64,000 bases of DNA from an uncultured Actinomycetes bacterium (GTDB lineage Bacteria; Actinomycetota; Thermoleophilia; UBA2241). Location: NCBI GenBank assembly GCA_963767005.1, contig CAVYCN010000010.1, forward strand, positions 32,001-96,000, given 5' to 3'. This document shows positions 1 through 9,533 of the stretch, piece by piece. The translations under genes and the position numbers were made by a program. The notes beneath the pieces were generated by a model. That model ran no database searches and was not told the origin of the DNA. It worked only from the letters and a program-made list of their open reading frames with translations. Positions within the stretch are counted from its first letter, which is position 1; each line of letters starts with the position of its first letter.

Positions 1-1107
1 AAGGACACATTGTGGGACGTGGTGGCGGCCAACGCCTGGGCCGACCTCGACTGCTACAGCGAGCTGCTGCCCGCCGGCGAGACGCCGGCCAGGGCCGCGG
101 TCCGCGAGGCGGCGCGCCAGGCTCACCTCGGCGGCTGCAGCGCGTTCATCGCAAGCGGCGACGCGACGGTCGACGGTCAGCCGGTGATGGGTCACGACAC
201 CTGGACCCCCTACGCGTCCGCCTTCACCAACGACATCATGTACTACGTGCACCCCTCGCGCGGCTACGACTTCATGTTCCAGTCGACCGGCGGCCAGATC
301 TGGAGCGGCGAGGACTGGTATGAGAACAGCGCCGGCCTGCTGCTCACCGAGACCACCCTGGCCGACTCCACCTACACCCCGAAGGGATTGCCCGTGTTCG
401 TGCGCGCCCGCGAGGCGGCGCAGTACGACAGCACGGTGCACGCGGCCATCCACACCCTGGTCCACCTCAACAACGGCGCCTACTCCAACGAGTGGCTCAT
501 CGGCGACCGCGCCGGCACGATCGCGTCGCTGCAGCTCGGCGACAAGGTCTACGACCTGAACGTCACGCGCAACGGCTTCTTCGGCTCCTCGAACTTCGAT
601 TGGGGCGCCAGGACGCGCAAGGAAGAGGCCGCCGCCGACGCCGGCTGGGCGCCCGACCCCTACAGGAAGGTCTACGTGGACTACGCACGCTACGTGCGCT
701 GGGGCCAGCTTCGCGATCAGTACTACGGGCAGGTCGACGCCCAGGTCGGCATGACCATGGAGTCGGACACCTACGACACCTACCTCGGCAGGCAGCTCGC
801 CGACGCTCGCGACCTGTGCGGCGAGCCGGAGCACGCCACGCCGGGCCTGCTCGACTGGGACAGCTGGGTGCTCGAGCCCGAGGGCGCGATCGACGGCAAG
901 GTCTGCACCGAGGCGATGGCGCTCGGCGGCCTGTCGACCTGGGCCTGCTGGGGCCACGGCAGTGGCGATCACTTCGACGCCAGCGCCTACCTCGCCGCTC
1001 ATCCCGGCTGGGCGGCCGCGAACGGACCGCTCGCCGTGTTCGGCCTGGCGACCTTCTCGGCGCAGACGGTCGACCGCTGGACGACGCTGGGCGCCTCGGC
1101 CACCTGA
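1..1107 (+). CDS. C45-family / phospholipase B-like Ntn-hydrolase (5' truncated)
   Basis: Frame is open from base 1. GG|CSAFIASGDATVDGQPVMGHDTW matches the autoproteolytic Cys-nucleophile start of C45/PLB-like beta subunits; NSAGLLLTETT and NNGAYSNEW motifs also fit. Confidence 0.75.
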   Translation, partial: KDTLWDVVAANAWADLDCYSELLPAGETPARAAVREAARQAHLGGCSAFIASGDATVDGQPVMGHDTWTPYASAFTNDIMYYVHPSRGYDFMFQSTGGQIWSGEDWYENSAGLLLTETTLADSTYTPKGLPVFVRAREAAQYDSTVHAAIHTLVHLNNGAYSNEWLIGDRAGTIASLQLGDKVYDLNVTRNGFFGSSNFDWGARTRKEEAAADAGWAPDPYRKVYVDYARYVRWGQLRDQYYGQVDAQVGMTMESDTYDTYLGRQLADARDLCGEPEHATPGLLDWDSWVLEPEGAIDGKVCTEAMALGGLSTWACWGHGSGDHFDASAYLAAHPGWAAANGPLAVFGLATFSAQTVDRWTTLGASAT

Positions 1108-1315
1108 CGCCGACCGCCGGTCCGCCTGCCGATGACCCGGCCGGCGCGTCGGCCCTGCGTCGCGGGCTCGACCCGCCGGACCACCGGCGATTGACCGCGG
1201 CCCGCCCACGGGTGTACATCGGCGACGAGGGGTCGGACGCGGCGACGGGCCGGAGAGGGTCGCCGCGCGCGGCGCAAAGACCGGCCGGACACGGCCGGTG
1301 TCGAGGGGGGACGTC

Positions 1316-3475
1316 ATGCGAGGTCGATCCGTCGTCGTGTGTCTCGTGGCCGCGGTCTGCGCCGCGGCGTTGCTGGGTGCCGCCCGTCCCGCCGCCGCGC
1401 GGGCGGCGGCGCCACGGGCGGCATGGACCATCGCGATCTACGCCAACGGCGACAACGACCTCATGTACACGTGGCCCCTGTTCACCCGCCCGGCGCTCCG
1501 CGGGATCCCGGCCAGCGCGCAGGTGAACGTGGTCGTGATGCTCGACAAGCCGCAGCGCGACGGCGCCTGGCTGTATCAGATGAGTGGAGCGCATGTAGGG
1601 CTCGTCAAGCATTTCCGCGGCGAGCGCGACTTCGGCTCCGGCGCCACCTTCGCCTGGTTCCTGCGGCAGGTGCACGAGCGCTTTCCCAGCGACCACCTGC
1701 TGGTCGACGGCTGGGATCATGGCTACGGCTGGCACTACTTCAGCTGGGACGCGACCTCGGGCCACGACATGACCGTGCCCCAGCTCAGCGGCGCCATCGT
1801 GCGTTCGGGGGTGCACATCGACATCCTCGCCTTCGATGCCTGCGACATGGCCGACGAGGACGTCGCCGACGCCCTCGCCACGACGCGAAGGGTCGACTAC
1901 CTCGTCGGCTCCGAGGACGAGATCGACCAGGACGGCTACCCCTACGCGAACATGTTCACGCCGCTCACCGCCGATCCCTCGCAGTCGCCCGCGACGGTCG
2001 TCGCTGACATGCTGACCGGCTGGCAGCGCTACTACGGCTCCCGGCGCAACTTCAACTGGGTCACGCTCTCCGGCATCGACCTCGCCCGGGTGCGGGCCAT
2101 GAAACGGGACCTCCGCATCTGGACGAGCAGGCTGCATGCCGGCATGGCCCGCTTTGCTGCCCGCTACGGCAGCGCGATGCACCACAGCCTCTTCGCCTGG
2201 GAGTCCTGGCAGCTCGACCTGGGCGAGTTCAGCGCCGTGCTGGCCGGCGACCGGCTGATCACCGACGCAGCGCTGCGGGCGGCCTCGGCGAAGGTCCACG
2301 ACGACGTCGTGGGCGCCGTGATCGGGCTCGACAAGGGCTCCTACGTGAAGCGCTACACCGGTCTGACCGTGTGGGCCGGCACGGGTCAGGAGTGGACGGC
2401 CTGGCGTGCCGCCTATCGCTCCCAGGTCGCCTTCGGCGGTGCGGCTCATCTCGGCGGCACCGGCTGGTACGGCTTTCTGCGCGCCTTCAACGCGAGCGGC
2501 AAGGCCGACCCACGCCAGCCCGTGCCCCCGCGGTGGATGAAGCGGGCCGACTACTGCCTCACCGACGTGGTGTTCCGCGACGGCCACTACGGGTGGGCGA
2601 CCGGGACGGACAACACCACCAACACCTCGTTCATCATGCGCTCGGCCGGCAGCGGCGGCAGCGCCTGGCAGACGAGCGACCTGTCGGCTATCGACAACTA
2701 CCTGTTCACGTCGATCGCGCGGGCGCCCGGCGGTGTGCTCTGGGCCGTCGGCGACTTCGGCTGGAACGACAGCGTGATCGTGCGCAGCGCCGACGGCGGT
2801 CGCACGTGGCGGCAGCGCGTGTCGGGGACGAAGCAGTACCTCTGGGGTGTCGACTTCAGCGACGCGCACGACGGCTGGACGTGTGGGGCCGCCGGCACGC
2901 TCGTGCGCACGACCGACGGCGGCCGGACGTGGGCGAAGGTCACGACCGCCCCGGCCGGCGACCTGCAGCAGGTGGCGTTCCTCGACGCGACACACGGCTG
3001 GGTGGTGGCCAACGACCAGCGCTATCCCGACTCCCGTCTCGAGTACACGACCGACGCGGGCGCGACCTGGACGACCGAGGACGAGGTGTCAGGCAGCCTG
3101 CTCTACGGGCTCGAGGTGCTCGGCGACGGCCAGGTGTGGGCCGCGGGCGGCGACCCGGCGAGCGGCGCCGGCGTGCTGTTGCACGGCAGCGCCGGCGGCG
3201 CCTGGACGGCGCAATGGGGCGCGACCGACGCGCCGCGCCTCGCCGCGGTGACCATGGTCGACGACAGCCACGGCTGGGCCGTGGGCGACGGCGGCGCCAT
3301 CCTCCACACCACCGACGGCGCGACCTGGACGCCGCAGACGGGCGGGGTAACCTTCGACCTGACCGGCGTCTGCGCGGTCGACGACGACACCGCCTGGGCC
3401 GTGGGCGACGGCGACGCCATCCTGCGCACCACCGACGGCGGGCTCACCTGGCAGCAGGCCCGCGGCAAGGTCTGA
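1316..3475 (+). CDS. Secreted clostripain-family (C11) cysteine peptidase fused to a YCF48/BNR-type beta-propeller
   Basis: Signal peptide; WTIAIYANGDNDL, DHGYGW (catalytic His-Gly), AFDACDM (catalytic Cys) and VGSED motifs; C-terminal repeats of the T/S-x-DGGxTW type; GAGGGG upstream of ATG 1316. Confidence 0.85.
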   Translation: MRGRSVVVCLVAAVCAAALLGAARPAAARAAAPRAAWTIAIYANGDNDLMYTWPLFTRPALRGIPASAQVNVVVMLDKPQRDGAWLYQMSGAHVGLVKHFRGERDFGSGATFAWFLRQVHERFPSDHLLVDGWDHGYGWHYFSWDATSGHDMTVPQLSGAIVRSGVHIDILAFDACDMADEDVADALATTRRVDYLVGSEDEIDQDGYPYANMFTPLTADPSQSPATVVADMLTGWQRYYGSRRNFNWVTLSGIDLARVRAMKRDLRIWTSRLHAGMARFAARYGSAMHHSLFAWESWQLDLGEFSAVLAGDRLITDAALRAASAKVHDDVVGAVIGLDKGSYVKRYTGLTVWAGTGQEWTAWRAAYRSQVAFGGAAHLGGTGWYGFLRAFNASGKADPRQPVPPRWMKRADYCLTDVVFRDGHYGWATGTDNTTNTSFIMRSAGSGGSAWQTSDLSAIDNYLFTSIARAPGGVLWAVGDFGWNDSVIVRSADGGRTWRQRVSGTKQYLWGVDFSDAHDGWTCGAAGTLVRTTDGGRTWAKVTTAPAGDLQQVAFLDATHGWVVANDQRYPDSRLEYTTDAGATWTTEDEVSGSLLYGLEVLGDGQVWAAGGDPASGAGVLLHGSAGGAWTAQWGATDAPRLAAVTMVDDSHGWAVGDGGAILHTTDGATWTPQTGGVTFDLTGVCAVDDDTAWAVGDGDAILRTTDGGLTWQQARGKV

Positions 3476-3585
3476 CCGGGCGCCGCGCGCGAAGTTTGCT
3501 CAAGGATCGGGACTGACAGCGCGGACCGTCCCCCCGTACGCTTTCGAGAGGCCGAGATACGGCCGGCGACACGAGGGGGGTACAG

Positions 3586-5097
3586 ATGGATGTTCTGCCC
3601 GTGAACGGCGTGCAGGGCGAAGGCGCCAATCTCAGGCGAACCAGCGTCCGTCTCATCACGGTCTTCTTCATGATCTACATCCTCGTGTCGGGCGGCTCGT
3701 TCGGCATCGAGGACATGGTCTCGTCGTCGGGCCCCGGCCTCACCATCCTGCTGCTCTGCCTGCTGCCCGTGTTCTGGAGCACGCCCATGGCGCTCGTCGC
3801 GAGCGAGCTCGGCTCGGCGCTGCCGGGTGAGGGCGGCTTCTACGTCTGGGCGCGCCGCGGCCTGGGCGACTTCTGGGGCTTTCAGACCGCCTGGTGGTGG
3901 TCGCTGTCGATCTTCGTCGACTCGTCGGTCTACATCGTGCTCGCCGTCGGCTACCTGCAGAACTGGCTGCACTTCAATCAGTGGTGGTTCTATGCGATCT
4001 GCTGGGTGATCATCGTCGTCTTCACGGTCATGAACATCCTCGGCGTGAAGCTCATCGCCCTGTCATCGACGCTCTTCTCGGTGCTCATCATCGCGCCGTT
4101 CATCGCGCTCATCGTCGTCGGTCTGGCCAAGTGGCAGTTCAACCCCCTGACGCCGGTGACCGCCTCCGGCGTACCGTTCTTCGGCACCAACGGCACCCTC
4201 GGCCTGGGCCTCGCGATCGGCGTCTGGATGTACTCGGGCTACGAGTCGATGTCGACCCTGTCGGGCGAGATCCGCAACCCGCAGCGCGTCATCCCGCGCG
4301 CCCTCATGCTGGCCGTACCCTTCATCATCGCCCTGTACGTGCTGCCGACAGTCGCCGGCCTCGCCGCCTACGGCCATTGGGCCAACTGGGCGACGCAGGC
4401 CGGCGGCGGTTACGTGTCGTTCGTCGAGATCGGCCGCAAGCTCGGTGGCTCGGCCCTCGGGGTCGCCCTGCTGGCCTCGGCGCTGCTCGGCAACCTCGCG
4501 CTCTACCTCGACTACCTCGCCTCGGGGGCGCGGCCGCTGTTCGCCCTCGCGTCCGACGGGCTGTTCCCCAAGACCGTCTCGGGCGTGAGCAAGCGCTGGG
4601 GCACGCCGATCGCCGCGATCGTGCTCATGGCGGCGCTGAACGCCGTCCTCATCATCGGGCCGTTCCGCAACCTCGTCGTGATCGACGTCATCCTGTTCAT
4701 CTCGTCGTACGCGGTGATCTTCGTGGCCGCGGTGCGTCTGAGGACGAAGGAGCCGGGGCTCAAGCGCCCGTTCCGCGTGCCGTTCGGCACGAAGGGCCTG
4801 GTCGCCATGGTCGTACCGCCGATCCTCATCGTGTTCTTCACGATCTACGTCAACGCGATCGACCACAGCACCAGCATCTTCGGCTTCACGAGCTTCAACG
4901 TGCTCGGCCTGCACCTCGGCTGGTACGGCGTCGGCGGCCTCATTGCCCTGGCGTCGGGACCGGTCTGCTATGTAGTCTTCCGTCAGGTCTTCGGCGGGCC
5001 GTCGACGCCGTCGCACGAGGCCGGCGACGAGGAGCTGCGGCTGGCCGAGGCCGAGGCCGCGGCGGCCGAGGGCAGCGAGCTCCAGGTCAAGGCCTGA
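3586..5097 (+). CDS. APC-family amino acid/polyamine permease
   Basis: About 12 hydrophobic segments; SGGSFGIED, EGGFYVW, YSGYESMSTLSGEIRNPQR and LKRPFRVP motifs. Confidence 0.9.
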   Translation: MDVLPVNGVQGEGANLRRTSVRLITVFFMIYILVSGGSFGIEDMVSSSGPGLTILLLCLLPVFWSTPMALVASELGSALPGEGGFYVWARRGLGDFWGFQTAWWWSLSIFVDSSVYIVLAVGYLQNWLHFNQWWFYAICWVIIVVFTVMNILGVKLIALSSTLFSVLIIAPFIALIVVGLAKWQFNPLTPVTASGVPFFGTNGTLGLGLAIGVWMYSGYESMSTLSGEIRNPQRVIPRALMLAVPFIIALYVLPTVAGLAAYGHWANWATQAGGGYVSFVEIGRKLGGSALGVALLASALLGNLALYLDYLASGARPLFALASDGLFPKTVSGVSKRWGTPIAAIVLMAALNAVLIIGPFRNLVVIDVILFISSYAVIFVAAVRLRTKEPGLKRPFRVPFGTKGLVAMVVPPILIVFFTIYVNAIDHSTSIFGFTSFNVLGLHLGWYGVGGLIALASGPVCYVVFRQVFGGPSTPSHEAGDEELRLAEAEAAAAEGSELQVKA

Positions 5098-5147
5098 GCG
5101 GCTTCGACGCGGCTGGCAAGCTCGTGATCACGGAGGTCTGAGCCCAG

Positions 5148-6584
5148 ATGCAGACACGAGTCCAGGTGCTGTCCGACGATGAGCGGGCCCAGGTCCACGA
5201 GCGCACGCTGGCGGTGCTCGAGCGTATCGGCGTGCGCTGCGACACGGCCGAGGGCCGCCGCATCCTCGCCGAGGCCGGCGCGCAGGTCGACGAGCAGACT
5301 CGCATGGTGCGCTTCCCGGCCGAGCTGGTCGAACGCTCGCTGGCGGCCGCCGGCCGGCGCTGCGCGCTCGGCGGCCGGCGCCCCGGATGGAGCTTCGCTC
5401 TGAACGAGGGCGGCCACACGCTGCTCGCCGACGGCGGTGCCACCAGCGTGTTCGACCTCGCGGCCCGGCAGCGCCGCCCGGCGACCCACGACGACTGGCT
5501 CGCGGCGACGCGCCTGCTCGACGCCCTCGACGACGTCGGCCTGTACTGGTGCCCCACCGAGTACGCCGCCGACTACGAGGAGCCGGCCGGCTTCGTGCGC
5601 TACTTCGTCGACGTCTTCTCGACCTTCAGCAAACACGTGCAGGACTCGTTCGGCACGCCCCAGCTCACGCCCTGGCTCAAGGAGATCCTCGACATCGTCT
5701 TCGGCGGTCGCGAGCGCGTGCGCGAGCTCGCCCCGCTGTCGTTCCTGATCACGCCGGCCTCGCCGCTCACCATCGAGCGCGACTACACCGACGCCTGGCT
5801 CTCGCTCGCCGACTACGGGCTGCCGGTGGCAATCATGCCGATGCCGCTGCAGGGCGCCACGGCGCCCGGCAGCCGCCTGGCCACGATCCTCACGGCCAAC
5901 TGCGAGACGATCGCCACCCTGTGCCTGGTCCAGGCGGCGGCGCCCGGCACCGCGGTGATCTACGCGCCGGTGATCGCCACCATGGACCCGCGTACCGGCC
6001 TCTACGCCGGCGGCGCGATCGAGCACGCCGTGATCTGCGCGGCGGGCACCGAGATGGCGCGCTTCTACGACCTGCCGGCCGAATCGTCGGGTTTCTGCAC
6101 GCAGACGTTCGCGCCCGACCTGCAGACCGCCTGGGAGAAGGCCAACGGCGGCCTGCTCGTGACGCTCTCCGATCCCGACATCCTCGTCGGGCCCGGCCTG
6201 CTCGGTGGCGCGACCGTGCTCAGCCTCGAGCAGATCGTGCTCGACGTCGTGGAGTGGCGCCTGGCCTGCCAGGCGCGCACCGGCGTGCCCGTGCGCGACG
6301 AGCTGTGGCTCGACGACGTGCTCGGCGCGGTCGGTCCGGGCGGCTCGTTCCTCGGCGAGCGCTCCACGCGGGTCAACGCCCGCGCCGGCGAGTGGCTCCT
6401 GAGCGATTTCGGCGTGTACGGCGGTCACGACGCCTGGCGGGCGGCGGGCGCGCCGAGCACGCTCGATTACGCCCACCGCAAGGTCGGCGAGATCCTCGAC
6501 GCTCACCGCACGCTGCCCCTCGACGACGACACAGTCGCGGCCCTCGCCGCCGTCCAGAAGCGGGCCGACGCGGCGACGTCGTAG
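5148..6584 (+). CDS. Trimethylamine methyltransferase MttB-family protein (non-pyrrolysine)
   Basis: VHERTLAVLERIGV N-terminus, SPLTIE, MPLQGATAP, MDPRTG, MARFYDLP, PDLQTAWEK and VGPGGSFL motifs; no in-frame TAG. Confidence 0.88.
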   Translation: MQTRVQVLSDDERAQVHERTLAVLERIGVRCDTAEGRRILAEAGAQVDEQTRMVRFPAELVERSLAAAGRRCALGGRRPGWSFALNEGGHTLLADGGATSVFDLAARQRRPATHDDWLAATRLLDALDDVGLYWCPTEYAADYEEPAGFVRYFVDVFSTFSKHVQDSFGTPQLTPWLKEILDIVFGGRERVRELAPLSFLITPASPLTIERDYTDAWLSLADYGLPVAIMPMPLQGATAPGSRLATILTANCETIATLCLVQAAAPGTAVIYAPVIATMDPRTGLYAGGAIEHAVICAAGTEMARFYDLPAESSGFCTQTFAPDLQTAWEKANGGLLVTLSDPDILVGPGLLGGATVLSLEQIVLDVVEWRLACQARTGVPVRDELWLDDVLGAVGPGGSFLGERSTRVNARAGEWLLSDFGVYGGHDAWRAAGAPSTLDYAHRKVGEILDAHRTLPLDDDTVAALAAVQKRADAATS

Positions 6585-6633
6585 GTCCGTCGCGCAAGGC
6601 GGCCGCCGGGCGGCCGCCGGCAAGGAGGAGGAC

Positions 6634-8079
6634 ATGGCGCAGGCGCGGTTCCGGTTCCTCGACGACGGCGACAAGCACGCCCTGCACGAGCAGACGATGC
6701 GGGTGCTGACGCAGGCGGGGGTGGCCTTCAACGTCCCCGAGGTGATCGACCTGCTGGCCGACGCGGGCGCGCGGGTCGACCGCGAGCGGCTCGTCGCATA
6801 CCTTCCGGAGGAACTCGTCCGAGCGACGCTCGAGCTCACGCCGCGCGAGGTCCTGCTCGCCGCGCGCGATCCGGCGCGCGACGTCGTCGTGGGCGGCGGC
6901 CACCCGCTGTCGGTGTGCAGCGACGGCACGGCGACCTATCTGCTCGACGACGAGACCGGAGAGCGCCTGCCGGGCACGGCCGAGCGGCTCCGCCTGGTCA
7001 TGCGCCTGCTCGACGCGCTGCCGCAGTGCGACTACGTTTGGCCCTCGCTTTCGGCGCGCGACCTCGACCCGCTGACCGCCAACCTCGAGATCGAGTACAT
7101 CTCCCTCGTCGAGTGCGCCAAGCATCTGCAGGACGAGGTGCGCGGCCCGGAGTTCGTCGCACCGCTCGTCGACCTGCTCGAGGCGGTGGCCGGCGCGTCG
7201 CTCAAGGAGCGGCCCATCTTCTCGTCGATCAACTGCACGGTCGCGCCGCTGCAGCACGACGCCGATATGACCAAAGCCACGCTGGGCCTCGCCCGGGCGG
7301 GTGTGCCGATCATCGTCATGCCGATGCCGCTCATGGGCACGACCGCGCCGGCGAGCGTGATGGGCAACTGCGTCGTGACCATGGCCGAGATCCTCTCGAC
7401 GGTCGTGTTCCTGCAGCTCGCGGCCCCCGGCTGCGCCCTGATCGCCGCGCCCGAGCCGGGCGTCGCCGACCTGCGCAGCGGCGGCTACCTGTGCGGGGCG
7501 CCCGAGGCCGACCTCGCGAGCCTCGCCAGCATCGAGATGTGCCGCTTCTACGGCCTCCCGAGCCAAGTCGGCGGCCTCGGCGGCGACGCCCTCTACCCCG
7601 ACCTGCAGGAGGGCGCCGAGGGCATGGCGTCGGCGCTCCTCGGGGCGCTCGTAGGGGCCGACTCGATGGTGGGCTTCGGCACGCTCGACGGCGCCGAGAC
7701 CTTCAGCCTGGCCGACGCCGTGCTCGACGACGACCTGATGGCCGCCGCGCGCCGCTACCTGGGGACGAGTCCGGTCGACGGCGCGACGGCCCTCGTCGAC
7801 GACATCATCGAGGTCGGTCCCGGCGGCCACTACCTGAGCCGGCGCTCGACGCGCACGGCGGCCCGCGCGGGCGTGCTCTGGAGCCCTTCCGTGCTGCGCC
7901 GCGGACACGGGCAGGGCGGCGACCCGCGCGCGCTCGTACTCGAGGCAGCCGAGCGGGCGGCGGAGATCCTAGAGAGCCACCGCGCGGCGCCGCTCGACGA
8001 CGACGTCGTGCGCTACGTCGAAGACGTCATCGCCCGCTACGCGCGCCTCGCGGACGCGCCGCCGCCGGCGCGCGCGTAA
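6634..8079 (+). CDS. Second MttB-family methyltransferase (non-pyrrolysine)
   Basis: AGGAGG RBS; LHEQTMRVL, APLQHD, MGTTAPAS, DLRSG, FYGLP, PDLQEG and IEVGPGGHYL motifs. Confidence 0.88.
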   Translation: MAQARFRFLDDGDKHALHEQTMRVLTQAGVAFNVPEVIDLLADAGARVDRERLVAYLPEELVRATLELTPREVLLAARDPARDVVVGGGHPLSVCSDGTATYLLDDETGERLPGTAERLRLVMRLLDALPQCDYVWPSLSARDLDPLTANLEIEYISLVECAKHLQDEVRGPEFVAPLVDLLEAVAGASLKERPIFSSINCTVAPLQHDADMTKATLGLARAGVPIIVMPMPLMGTTAPASVMGNCVVTMAEILSTVVFLQLAAPGCALIAAPEPGVADLRSGGYLCGAPEADLASLASIEMCRFYGLPSQVGGLGGDALYPDLQEGAEGMASALLGALVGADSMVGFGTLDGAETFSLADAVLDDDLMAAARRYLGTSPVDGATALVDDIIEVGPGGHYLSRRSTRTAARAGVLWSPSVLRRGHGQGGDPRALVLEAAERAAEILESHRAAPLDDDVVRYVEDVIARYARLADAPPPARA

Positions 8080-8096
8080 GGCACGCGCACGGCATC

Positions 8097-8126
8097 GGGG
8101 CGGGCCGGCGGGAGCCGGCCCGTCCC
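8097..8126 (+). terminator. GC-rich stem-loop after the mttB pair
   Basis: GGGGCGGGCCGGC-GGGA-GCCGGCCCGTCCC: 13-bp stem (one G-U), GNRA loop, no U tract. Confidence 0.5.
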
Positions 8127-8217
8127 TCAGCGGGCGCGCGCCCACGCAGGCGGGGCGCTCCGACACGACGGGGCAGAACCGCGCGGACGGTGCCGCGACG
8201 CAGGCGGACTGGCTTGG

Positions 8218-8249
8218 TGGTAGGCTGTCGGGCAGTCGTCTGACCACTG
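8218..8249 (+). promoter_or_regulatory. Extended -10 (TGgTAGGCT) followed by a FadR/GntR-like palindrome
   Basis: TAGGCT at 8221-8226; CAGTCGTC-T-GACCACTG at 8233-8249 pairs at 7 of 8 positions and resembles TGGTCnGACCA. Confidence 0.4.
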
Positions 8250-8315
8250 ACATCGCCGCGGTGAGGTGGTCGCCGCGCGCACGAGCACGAGCGACAGCGT
8301 GAGCAAAGGAGGCCG

Positions 8316-9533
8316 ATGCCGAGCCAACTGATCGAGGCCATGGACCGTGCCATCGACGAGATGGGGCGCCTGCCCGAGAAGGCGGTCCAGGTCTTTCACC
8401 ACAACGACTCCGACGGCCTCACGTCGGGCGCCATCCTGACCCGGGCGTTCGAGCGGGCGGGCTTCGCCGTGCGGCGCTACTGCCTCGAGAAGCCCTATCC
8501 GGCCGTGCTCGAGAGGGCCTTCCGTCAGGAGGGCAAGCTGCTCGTCTTCGCCGACTTCGCCGGCCGCATCGCGCCGCTGCTGTCCAACCTGAACCGGGGC
8601 CGCAACCTGACCCTCATCCTCGACCACCACGTCGCCGAGCCCGCGACCGAGCCGCGCGTCGTGAACCTCGACCCCGACCTCTTCGGGCTCAAGGGCGACC
8701 GCGACATCTCGGGCTCGACCACCTGCTACCTGTTCGCACGCACGATGGACCCGGCCAATCGCGACCTCGCCGCGGTGGCCGCCATCGGCGCGGTCGGCGA
8801 CGGCTTCTTCGTCGACGGCGCCCTTGTGAGCGAGAACCGCGAGGTCGCCCTCGAGGCGGTGCGTCAGGGTCGCGTCGAGATCCGGCCGCGCGAGCGCGGC
8901 GAGCTGTATCTGTGGAACGGGCCCGAAGGTCAGCGCGACGTGGTCGCCGTCGGCGACGACCTCGACGTGCTGGGCGGCGTGGGCTACTACCAGGGCGGCC
9001 CCGACCTGGGCGTCTCGGTCTGTCTCGACGGCGTCTCGCCCGAGTCCGACCGCACGGTCGCCGAGCTCAAGGCGGTGCGCGAGAAGATCTTCGACGCCGA
9101 GATCGCGCGCCTGCGCGACGGCGGTCTGCGCCAGGCGCCTCACATCCAGTGGTTCAACGTGGAGCGTCGCCTGTTTCCGATGGGCGTGAAGATGGTGGGC
9201 GCCTTCTGCGACGCCATCAGGGTGACCGACCTGATCGACCCGACCAGGTATCTCGCCGGCTTCCAGGTGATCCCCGACGAGATCCCCGGCTTCGGCCGCA
9301 TCAGGTTCGATCAGGTGAAGGTCTCCATGCGCGTCTCGCCGGCCATGGAAGAAGAGATCAGGGCGGGGCGGGTCATGGGGCTGAGCGTGCTGCTGCCCGA
9401 GGCCACCGGCCGGCTCGGGGGGTTCTCCGACGCCTGCCACAGCCTGACGGCGGCCACCATCGTGGCGATCGGCCAAGAGGAGCGGCTGATCGAAGAAATG
9501 GAAGACATCTTGAAGGGTGAAGCGCATGGCTGA
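8316..9533 (+). CDS. DHH-family phosphoesterase
   Basis: HHNDSDG (DxDG), FADF, ILDHH and GAVGD motifs; AAAGGAGG RBS. Confidence 0.85.
   Translation: MPSQLIEAMDRAIDEMGRLPEKAVQVFHHNDSDGLTSGAILTRAFERAGFAVRRYCLEKPYPAVLERAFRQEGKLLVFADFAGRIAPLLSNLNRGRNLTLILDHHVAEPATEPRVVNLDPDLFGLKGDRDISGSTTCYLFARTMDPANRDLAAVAAIGAVGDGFFVDGALVSENREVALEAVRQGRVEIRPRERGELYLWNGPEGQRDVVAVGDDLDVLGGVGYYQGGPDLGVSVCLDGVSPESDRTVAELKAVREKIFDAEIARLRDGGLRQAPHIQWFNVERRLFPMGVKMVGAFCDAIRVTDLIDPTRYLAGFQVIPDEIPGFGRIRFDQVKVSMRVSPAMEEEIRAGRVMGLSVLLPEATGRLGGFSDACHSLTAATIVAIGQEERLIEEMEDILKGEAHG

Noticed and set aside
5148-8079. Pyrrolysine recoding in the mttB homologs
   Set aside because: Both ORFs are full length without an internal TAG, and no pyl genes are in the window.
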